64,000 bases of DNA from the IMG/VR virus record IMGVR_UViG_3300033156_000272, positions 1-64,000 of that record, one strand, 5' to 3'. How positions within the stretch are numbered: position 1 is the stretch's first letter; each line of letters starts with the position of its first letter. The DNA is from a virus. Made by a program: the position numbers and the translations under genes. Below are positions 1-7,348 of the stretch, in pieces. Below the pieces are notes generated by a model. The model was not told where the DNA came from and did not search any database. It saw only the letters and a list, made by a program, of their open reading frames with translations.

Positions 1-45
1 CCAGCCAGGCTGGCACTAAGGAGTTCTCCTTTTGGGATCGTGGGT

Positions 46-510
46 CTAGCGTGATGGGCGAAGCCGCGGGTCCGCTCGCATTATGCCGTATATTCCGCGG
101 TTCCTCCAGATCATTCCTGCGAACTCTTCCTTGAACAATCTTCCATGCATTTCGTTCTCGTGTCCTTCTGCCGTATTCTTCGCGTGGGCCAGCTCTTCCA
201 ACATCATGGAGAACAGTCCAGTGATTCCATATAGTTTTTTCTTCACGATGCCATGTGCTTCTGTCCAGTATCCCTTATCTCCACTATAGCAGTCCTTTAT
301 GCATCCCTTCCCGAACTGCACTCTGTTGGTGCCGTTGTGCGACCAGCCATTGTATGTTGCGCGTGCGTTCACGAGCTTCAGTGGTTCGCTGAGTTCCAGT
401 CCTTCCCTCTCTAGGACTTCGTTCGCGTATTCCATGAAGGCCTCGTATACAGGTTCCCATAGTGCTTCTCGTTCTTCCCATTGTTCTATCTGCTCTCTGC
501 TTATTGGCGT
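46..510 (-). CDS. SprT-like zincin-fold protein with degenerate metal motif
   Basis: MMLEELAHA...HGRLFKEEF resembles SprT HExxH...HGxxF. The frame stays open 25 codons upstream of ATG 435, to an ACG at 510 preceded by GGAGGA. Confidence 0.5.
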   Translation of the reverse strand, partial: TPISREQIEQWEEREALWEPVYEAFMEYANEVLEREGLELSEPLKLVNARATYNGWSHNGTNRVQFGKGCIKDCYSGDKGYWTEAHGIVKKKLYGITGLFSMMLEELAHAKNTAEGHENEMHGRLFKEEFAGMIWRNRGIYGIMRADPRLRPSR

Positions 511-599
511 ATTTCATTCCTCCTGGTGGTCTTTGGGCGACTTTAACGCCTCTCTGTCCATTGTGTAAAAATAGTGATGAAGGGGGTTGGGGGGGTTGA

Positions 600-887
600 C
601 TACTTGGACTTCTTGGTAGCCTTGGGTGCCGGCGCCTCGGCTGTGCCATAGTAGATGTTGGCGTCGATGGCCTGTCTGATCACGCGACCTTTCGCCTCCA
701 ACGCCAACAGCACACTTCGTGCCTGCTGGGGTGTGGCTAGTCCGAGTTCCTTCTGAACTTCGCTCTGACTGAACGCTTCGTCTGCGTTCATGTTCAGGAA
801 GCGCATTACTTCTACCTGACGTCTTCCCTTCTGCCGCTTCTCGGCCGGCTCACCCTTCTCGTTGAATTCCTTTGCGCTTATGGGCAT
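600..887 (-). CDS. Winged-helix DNA-binding protein
   Basis: VMRFLNMNADEAFSQSEVQKELG...ARSVLLALEAKGRV...IYYG wHTH pattern. AGGAGG RBS before ATG 887; alternative in-frame ATG at 968. Confidence 0.65.
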   Translation of the reverse strand: MPISAKEFNEKGEPAEKRQKGRRQVEVMRFLNMNADEAFSQSEVQKELGLATPQQARSVLLALEAKGRVIRQAIDANIYYGTAEAPAPKATKKSK

Positions 888-987
888 TTTATGTCCTCCT
901 TGCTTATTTGAAACCAATGAATATTCGGCGCTCGGCACAAACGACGTTTGGACTTCATAGCTTCTCATATTTCTTAGCTCCAATACT

Positions 988-1016
988 ACTATAGCTTTCA
1001 TAGTATATAAAGGTTT
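988..1016 (-). promoter_or_regulatory. Archaeal BRE-TATA promoter, copy 1 of repeated element
   Basis: Reverse complement AAACCTTTATATACTATGAAAGCTATAGT is identical to the core of the copies at 1193 and 2207. Confidence 0.75.
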
Positions 1017-1192
1017 TGGTTCTGATCTGGGAGACGTGGTCCAACCAGGGACTTTGCTGCCCCTTGCGCGCAATGACTCTATGGCATCTCTAGTTGAACA
1101 CACCACCTCGACCGCCCTTATTGACTTGCCCGCCCCTGTAAATTTTTGGGTTGGTTGCCTCGTTGCACATGGCCCCCGATGTTGCTCATCAT

Positions 1193-1261
1193 GCCCAGGT
1201 CATAATACAAACCTTTATATACTATGAAAGCTATAGTTAATATAGAGGTGAAATATGTGAA
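1193..1261 (+). promoter_or_regulatory. Promoter + RBS + start cassette, copy 2 (69-bp direct repeat)
   Basis: Identical to 2207-2275. Contains TTTATATA, GAGGTGA and a GTG start. Confidence 0.8.
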
Positions 1262-1409
1262 ACGCATATACATAATATTCAGAGACGGACACTTCATCAG
1301 TGTCTGCGACAAATGCAGGAAGGCGGCCGAACATGCAATGGGTACAATAGTGCCAAAGGTGCGTCCGAGAGAATGCGATGAGTGTGGTGCAGAGGTGATT
1401 AATGTATGA
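1257..1409 (+). CDS. Small zinc-ribbon protein
   Basis: CDKC...CDECG. GTG start after GAGGTGA. Confidence 0.6.
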   Translation: MKRIYIIFRDGHFISVCDKCRKAAEHAMGTIVPKVRPRECDECGAEVINV

Positions 1410-1609
1410 CACTGACTACTAGGCAGAAGGAAAGGATCGACGAGATGATCTATGAGGCAGAGAACAGAGCAAAGAGACAGCAGACCATGGACAAGATGTT
1501 GCCTGCCAAGATGTATGAAGAAGGGATGCGGGTACTCTCTTGTGCGCTAGGGTACACTCCGTTCACTGTGCACGAAGGGAGAGAATGGCTGAGGAGGAAA
1601 CATTCATAA
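1406..1609 (+). CDS. Hypothetical protein
   Basis: ATGA overlap with the upstream gene; GAGGTGA RBS. Confidence 0.55.
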   Translation: MTLTTRQKERIDEMIYEAENRAKRQQTMDKMLPAKMYEEGMRVLSCALGYTPFTVHEGREWLRRKHS

Positions 1610-1720
1610 AATCACATTTGCCATAATATCACCTCTGGGCGATGATGGAGAGTTCTGCCATATTCTCTCTGGAGCCCAGATGACACTAACAGCTTCCTTG
1701 AAGGAGTGGGATGTACTCTA

Positions 1721-1760
1721 GGGGGACTTGACGGTGGTGATATCTAGTCCCCCACTTTTT
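1721..1760 (+). terminator. Stem-loop plus T-tract terminator
   Basis: GGGGGACT...AGTCCCCC followed by ACTTTTT, between convergent genes. Confidence 0.55.
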
Positions 1761-1855
1761 CTGTGTTCTTCTCTGACCGCCCGAATAACGCCGGCCGGCC
1801 CCCGAATTGGATGCCCGCCCCACACGATCGGAAAAAAAATGTTGGGACTTTCACC

Positions 1856-2140
1856 CTAAGCGACAAAGTATATTATGTCGTCTCTGCACACGGTGGTGCC
1901 TTCTCCTCTGCGAAACTCTATGAAGTATAGTGCTAAGTATACCCCTAGGAGTTTATCTGGTGTGGAGTTTACGAACCTCTTTGCCAGTTCAGCCTCTGTA
2001 TACTCCGTACCTTTGTGTCCCTGTAGGAACACAATTATTTCGTTTGCCAACCTGTCCGCATCCTCGCAGATGCTCTCGAAGTCATCCTGAATATAATTAC
2101 TCAGGGACTCGACTACCTCTTCTATGCCTTCTTGTACCAC
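1856..2140 (-). CDS. Winged-helix-like protein
   Basis: IIVFLQGHKGTEYTEAELAKRF...IIYF. GTG start after GAGGTGA. Confidence 0.5.
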   Translation of the reverse strand: MVQEGIEEVVESLSNYIQDDFESICEDADRLANEIIVFLQGHKGTEYTEAELAKRFVNSTPDKLLGVYLALYFIEFRRGEGTTVCRDDIIYFVA

Positions 2141-2174
2141 TTTAATCACCTCTTATAATTAGGTATTGTTTTAG

Positions 2175-2238
2175 TAGTATATAAAGGTTTGTATTGTAAC
2201 TTGGGCGCCCAGGTCATAATACAAACCTTTATATACTA
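2175..2238. promoter_or_regulatory. Back-to-back promoter palindrome (copies 3 and 4)
   Basis: 32-bp arms with 3 mismatches centred on GGGCGCCC. Each arm carries AAACCTTTATATACTA facing outward. Confidence 0.8.
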
Positions 2239-2270
2239 TGAAAGCTATAGTTAATATAGAGGTGAAATAT

Positions 2271-2534
2271 GTGAATAAGTATAAAAGCATAGAAGCATTG
2301 GAGCAGAAAGTAGTAGCGGCACTACTACACAACGCGGCAGTGCAGGGCGATATGTGCGAACAGGACGTAGAGTTCTGGTTGCATGATAGCGAAGGAGTCC
2401 CAGAGAATGTGAGCATAGAGGTAGTTGCACGCATGAAATCAATAATAACAGTTGTGCACGTATCTACTGCGTGCAGACAGGTAGATGAGATCTTTGATGC
2501 AATGGCTGCACAGATCACAAAGGAAAGTGAGTAA
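2271..2534 (+). CDS. Hypothetical protein
   Basis: GTG start at the end of the repeated promoter-RBS cassette. Confidence 0.6.
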   Translation: MNKYKSIEALEQKVVAALLHNAAVQGDMCEQDVEFWLHDSEGVPENVSIEVVARMKSIITVVHVSTACRQVDEIFDAMAAQITKESE

Positions 2535-2651
2535 GTGAGCAACTGGGACGGATGCATTGCGTGTTGTGAGGAATGTGGGATAAGGTTAAAGAGTTCCAGG
2601 TACACACTATGCTACAAATGCTATAAGGGACAGAAGGATTTGTGGTTATAG
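2535..2651 (+). CDS. Small zinc-finger protein (38 aa)
   Basis: Hand translation MSNWDGCIACCEECGIRLKSSRYTLCYKCYKGQKDLWL; abuts the upstream stop. Confidence 0.5.
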   Translation: MSNWDGCIACCEECGIRLKSSRYTLCYKCYKGQKDLWL

Positions 2652-2858
2652 TCTAATTCATTGCGCATACAGACCATAGTGCATCTCTATAATGCATTCG
2701 TTACTGCGTACTGCCCTTTTGAGTGACTCATTCATTGCGCATTCATTGCGCATGGGTACTCTAATGCCCCTCTATAATACCCCCCCAACCTATGGGTGGC
2801 CAATCTATGCCATGGCAAGCCTTGGGGGGGTTATTATTTGACATGCCAGATTTAATAG

Positions 2859-2926
2859 CCTATTTTTATCTGCTGCCTCAGATTTTAATGCCTCACCTAT
2901 TTTTATCTGCTGCCTCAGATTTTAAT
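2859..2926. repeat. 31-bp direct repeat x2
   Basis: CCTATTTTTATCTGCTGCCTCAGATTTTAAT at 2859-2889 and 2896-2926. Confidence 0.9.
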
Positions 2927-3139
2927 AACACTAATATCAAAACTGTTTGATAAAAATCGTTTTTTAAAGATCTGATTGCTGGGATTAAATAGCAAGCCTT
3001 TCTTATTCTCATGATATAGTTTCCACCGCAAAATCTGACCGCAAACTATATATACTGACATGGGGTATATGTGTCATAAGCAGGAGATAATAAGATCTGA
3101 AAAAAAGATATAAGTAAAAAGATAAAGGTGATAAGATAT

Positions 3140-3424
3140 ATGGTAAAAGATATTAAAACCGTCGAAAAACATGGTAAACCCATTGAATCTGCAGTAGAAA
3201 CTAAAAAAACCCAACTCCTAAGATTTCTACAAACAAATAATACAAAAGCTTTTACAATGAATGATCTCGAAAACAAACATATGATAGGTGTTTTTAAACA
3301 AACCCAACATTTAAATAACACCTTAAATCAATTACTTCGAGCAGGTTTGATAAAAGCAAAAAGATTAAATTCAAAAGATAAAGGAGGAAATATAAAAGAA
3401 TTAATATTTTGGTACATAAATTAA
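3140..3424 (+). CDS. Winged-helix DNA-binding protein in AT-rich island
   Basis: LLRFLQTNNTKAFTMNDLE...LNNTLNQLLRAGLI...FWY. AGGTGA RBS. Confidence 0.6.
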   Translation: MVKDIKTVEKHGKPIESAVETKKTQLLRFLQTNNTKAFTMNDLENKHMIGVFKQTQHLNNTLNQLLRAGLIKAKRLNSKDKGGNIKELIFWYIN

Positions 3425-3682
3425 AACCCCTTTCATCTCCTGCTTTTTATTTTTATAATTAGATTTAGGGTACCCTAACATTTGACATTAATATACAGTC
3501 TCAGATAAAAACATTTAAATCTTGGCAGTTAGATAAAATAAAAACCACCTTGATTCGTCATACTTTTTATTATTTCACAACCTTCATTAGGGTGGTTCTT
3601 AAAAATAACACCCCCTGCCCCCTCTAAATCTGATGGCAGGTTCCGATTCTGGAAACACCCCCCAAAACATCCTGGGAATGAG

Positions 3683-3888
3683 TAGGATGGCACGACATCC
3701 TATTAGTATGGCACGATAACTCAGTAGTATGGTACGACATCATATTTCGTTCTGCTAAAGAGTAAAGCAAGTGGTAGTGTGATACGACAACTCATTTCGT
3801 TCTGCTAAAGAGTGTGGTACTACAAGCAATTTCGCTCTGCTAAAGAGTGTGGTACTACAAGCAATTTCGCTTTGCTAAAGCAAGTGGT
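3683..3888. repeat. Non-coding iteron-like repeat array
   Basis: TAGKATGGYACGA-type motif at 3683/3704/3725, with variants at 3775/3810/3845. ATTTCGYTYTGCTAAAG at 3744/3794/3829/3864. Confidence 0.85.
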
Positions 3889-4212
3889 CCTCCTAGAAGG
3901 GTGAGAATTATAAATACCAATATCAAAATATCATAGTAACGTGCTCTTCGATCCAGGAGTGCACTACGTGAATGCACCGACTCAATGTAATACTTTATTG
4001 CTGAATGCACCAACTCATTGTAACATCCTGTTGATGACCGCTGAGCAACCGTTCGTTATATATAATAGACACTGCTTGCTCATCAAGCGATAAAGGCTGG
4101 TCCTCTTCAATTTAACGGCGATGGACTAATCTTACGTATTACTCCCTTTAAAATTTACTGCGCGTTAAACACGCGCTATACATTATCGACCAGTTCAACC
4201 AAGTGACCAATC

Positions 4213-4426
4213 AGTGTACCTGCTTGATGAATGAGATCGAAGGGTGAATAGTGAAGCTCTTGTATCCTCGCGGAATATTGTATCTTTAGTGAAGTAGGAA
4301 TGAGACCGAAGAGTGCACCTGCTTGATGAATATTGTATCCTTAGTGAAGTAGGAATGAGATCGAAGAGTGAAGATCGAAGAGTGAAGATCGAAGCTCTTG
4401 TATCCTCGCGGAATATTGTAGCTTTA
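4213..4426. repeat. Non-coding mosaic repeat array
   Basis: Reused blocks AGTGYACCTGCTTGATGAAT (x2), GAAGCTCTTGTATCCTCGCGGAATATTGTA (x2), GAATATTGTATCYTTAGTGAAGTAGGAATGAGAYCGAAGAGTG (x2) and tandem GATCGAAGAGTGAA. Confidence 0.85.
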
Positions 4427-4518
4427 GGAAAGTTATCCCCGAAGGGGTCACCGTAGAGTTGCCGCAGGCAACAGTGTACAACATTTCTTTGTAACACCAA
4501 AAAACTGGCCCTCCCATA

Positions 4519-4534
4519 GAAAGCTTTATATACT
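4519..4534 (+). promoter_or_regulatory. BRE-TATA promoter of the morphogenesis operon
   Basis: GAAAGCTTTATATACT about 40 nt before the first + strand gene. Confidence 0.6.
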
Positions 4535-4569
4535 TGAAAAATGATATATTATATGTAAGGTGAAGAAAT

Positions 4570-5334
4570 TTGTCAAGATGTCTCTTCAATCTTGAGAATA
4601 GACAGTCGATGGGATTGATGTTCTTTAACGGGAGTTCGGTAGAACAAATTTCGAGTGAATTTGGATGCTCTCCTTCTGACGTCATGTTCTATAAGAGAGA
4701 ACCTAAGTTCGATGAACATTTCTTCGACATTATAGACACCGAAGCTAAAGCATACTTCTTAGGGCTTCTCTTCGCCGATGGCTGCAACTGTTCTAATAAC
4801 AACGATATAACAATCGGGTTAAAAGAAGACGATTCTTATGTACTAGAAAATCTCGCATCACTTCTCCGATTAGATAGAAAGCTGTTAGGAAGTCCGAGGC
4901 AGAAAATTTTGCGCATGTGCAGCAATCATATGAGTGGGACATTATCATCTCATGGCATGGTGCCTCGTAAGTCATTAATACTCAAATTCCCAGAATGCGT
5001 ACCACCACACCTCATCAGACACTTCATAAGAGGTTATAGTGATGGCGATGGTTGTATTCATATTAGTAAGAACGGGCCCGTTTGGAGCATAACAAGTACA
5101 GAAGATTTCTGTACATCACTGAGAGATATTGTTGAAGCAGAAACTGGGGTTGCGGGATATATTTATGTACCGCATAAAGACCCCATTAAACCAACTAGAG
5201 TGTTCACAATCGCAGGGATGTTGAGGGTACCAAAATCACTTAAGTGGATATATTCTGGCAGTCATATTCACCTCTACAGGAAGTTTGACAAGTATGAAGA
5301 AGCTAAGTATTTTGATAGGGATGTTTATATATGA
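4570..5334 (+). CDS. Free-standing double-motif LAGLIDADG homing endonuclease
   Basis: YFLGLLFADG and FIRGYSDGDG motifs, PRKSL, terminal LYRK. Confidence 0.9.
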   Translation: MSRCLFNLENRQSMGLMFFNGSSVEQISSEFGCSPSDVMFYKREPKFDEHFFDIIDTEAKAYFLGLLFADGCNCSNNNDITIGLKEDDSYVLENLASLLRLDRKLLGSPRQKILRMCSNHMSGTLSSHGMVPRKSLILKFPECVPPHLIRHFIRGYSDGDGCIHISKNGPVWSITSTEDFCTSLRDIVEAETGVAGYIYVPHKDPIKPTRVFTIAGMLRVPKSLKWIYSGSHIHLYRKFDKYEEAKYFDRDVYI

Positions 5335-5849
5335 GTAACTCCTGTCCGTTGTGCATAAATGCAGAACGCAAAACATACGAAGAGCTCATCATGACTGGTG
5401 AGGTTAGTAAGACTGCGGTAGCTGTCGAACTAGATACCACGCTAGACATCATAATCACTCACATGGATTCGCATATTAATAGTAGCGAGATACTTGACAA
5501 AGGGGAGGAGGGAAAGCATACTAGCGTGAAGAGAGATCTTGGTGAGTTTAAGAAAGATCTCGACAAGCGTGATGTTATAATCAATAACATAATGATCTTG
5601 CAAGAAAAGATGATCAGGCTAGCAGATAAAGACAATCTGTCTACTAGCGAGATTAAAGCTCTTGTAACGGTAATGAGTGAGCTGAGACGTAGTAGTACTG
5701 ACCTTGCTCAACTGACTGGAGAGCTTAAGAAAGAGACCGTGTTCACAATACAGATGTTTAATTCCTTGGAAGGGCTGATATTGAGCGAGTTATGTGATGA
5801 ATGTAGAGAGAAGATTATGAAGAGTCTCTCAAAGATCAAGAATGGGTGA
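5331..5849 (+). CDS. Putative terminase small subunit
   Basis: Directly upstream of TerL; N-terminal CPLC...HxxxH/HTH and helical C-terminus. Confidence 0.5.
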   Translation: MSNSCPLCINAERKTYEELIMTGEVSKTAVAVELDTTLDIIITHMDSHINSSEILDKGEEGKHTSVKRDLGEFKKDLDKRDVIINNIMILQEKMIRLADKDNLSTSEIKALVTVMSELRRSSTDLAQLTGELKKETVFTIQMFNSLEGLILSELCDECREKIMKSLSKIKNG

Positions 5850-7346
5850 GTGAATATGCATAACGAAAATCAAGGAGTGAATATGCATAACGAAATCGCA
5901 TCAAGCCCTCTGGTCGAACAGATGATAATGGAAATGCAAGCATACAACAACGTAGAGACATTTGTCCGTTCGATCTTAGATATTGATTGGCTCTTCCCAA
6001 AGCAGTGGGAGATAATAAAGAACTTCTACGATCCTAAAGCAGGATTTAACGAGCTTATTATAGTTGCTGGTATGAGAAGTGGGAAGACCCTACTATCCTC
6101 TTGCATGCTGGCCTACGAGCTCTATAAACTGCTCAAACTTAACAACCCTTGTAAGCATTATGGCCTCCCGAGAGGACAGGAGATATATCTTGTTAATGTT
6201 GCGTCTTCTGCAGAGCAGGCCGCTGAAACTGTTTGGGCTCACTTCGAGGCGCGAATAGAAAACTCCGAGTGGTTCATGAGACAGCCGTGTAAAAGATACC
6301 ACGATAAGATGATATTCCCTGTTGGTGACGGAAAGATAATTGTAAAGCGCCTTCACAGTAACTCTGCGAGTCTAGCAGGAAAGACTATCAAGGCCGTTAT
6401 TTGCGACGAACTGTCCAGATTCAAAGTGAGCGGTAGCAAGCTTTCTGCAGAGATGGTATGGGAGACACTTTCACGTGGTACTCGAACATTCAAGAAAGAA
6501 GGTATAAAAATCAGCATTTCCTCCCCTCTTTACGTGGATGACTATCACATGCAACTATACAATCAGGGGCAGAATATCGACAGCACACTCACTTACCAAT
6601 TAGCTACGTGGGAGATGAATCCACAGATCACTAAAGAAGATTTGGCAGATGAATTTCAGCGTAACCCTGAAGCAGCATGGCGTGATTACGGAGCCATCCC
6701 TCAGTCCGCATATGACGTCTACTTCAAGGAGATAGATAAGGTGCGGCAATGTGTACTTCCCGAACGCAATGCCCCGATAGTGGGATACCAGCTCAGCAGG
6801 GATATCGCCCCGTCGAGAGATTTTCTGTACGTCTTGGCGGGCGACCCTGCACTTAGAAATGATGCATTCGGGATGGCACTAGGCTATATGGATCATAATA
6901 CTGGGATAATAGAAATTGTGTGGGCCTGGGGATTTAAGCCCGATACTATGAATGACCAACGAGAAGTTGATGCATTTGCAATAAAATCTTTCATCACACA
7001 AGTGATTGAAACATACCCAGTGAGCCACTATCTCACTGATACCTGGAACTTCCCAGAAACCATACAGGCGATACGACAAATGGGAGTTGAGGTAGTGCAG
7101 CACGTCGTAAAGAAAGAAGATTATGATGTGCTTAAAGAGGCTTGCTATACTAACAGAATTCATCTTCCAAATAACCAAATACTACTCAAGGAAATAGAAC
7201 AGCTCGAAATTCTCTACGGGAGAAAAATAGACCACCCCAGAACAGGGAGCAAGGATATCGCGGATGCGGTTGCTCAGATTGCGTCTTTCGTTAGGCAGGC
7301 GCCTGCACCAGCAGATATCCCGCTAATGGTCTTCGCTGAGGTGTGA
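5850..7346 (+). CDS. terL: Terminase large subunit
   Basis: Walker A AGMRSGKT, Walker B VICDE, coupling motif ISSP, nuclease GDPA..ND and SKDIADA. Confidence 0.93.
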   Translation: MNMHNENQGVNMHNEIASSPLVEQMIMEMQAYNNVETFVRSILDIDWLFPKQWEIIKNFYDPKAGFNELIIVAGMRSGKTLLSSCMLAYELYKLLKLNNPCKHYGLPRGQEIYLVNVASSAEQAAETVWAHFEARIENSEWFMRQPCKRYHDKMIFPVGDGKIIVKRLHSNSASLAGKTIKAVICDELSRFKVSGSKLSAEMVWETLSRGTRTFKKEGIKISISSPLYVDDYHMQLYNQGQNIDSTLTYQLATWEMNPQITKEDLADEFQRNPEAAWRDYGAIPQSAYDVYFKEIDKVRQCVLPERNAPIVGYQLSRDIAPSRDFLYVLAGDPALRNDAFGMALGYMDHNTGIIEIVWAWGFKPDTMNDQREVDAFAIKSFITQVIETYPVSHYLTDTWNFPETIQAIRQMGVEVVQHVVKKEDYDVLKEACYTNRIHLPNNQILLKEIEQLEILYGRKIDHPRTGSKDIADAVAQIASFVRQAPAPADIPLMVFAEV

Positions 7347-7348
7347 AA

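Noticed and set aside
1224-1256. Shared N-terminus MKAIVNIEVKYV of ORFs 1224 and 2238 as a protein domain
   Set aside because: It is translated promoter/RBS repeat; the real starts are the GTGs at 1257 and 2271.
3940-3965. tRNA suggested by a TTCGATCC T-loop-like string
   Set aside because: No acceptor, D or anticodon arms can be built around it.
3683-4426. CRISPR or mini-CRISPR array
   Set aside because: Repeats are tandem or mosaic with no unique spacers of constant length.
5850-7346. Intein in terminase (also checked for PolB)
   Set aside because: Normal lengths and contiguous motifs; no splice-junction signatures.
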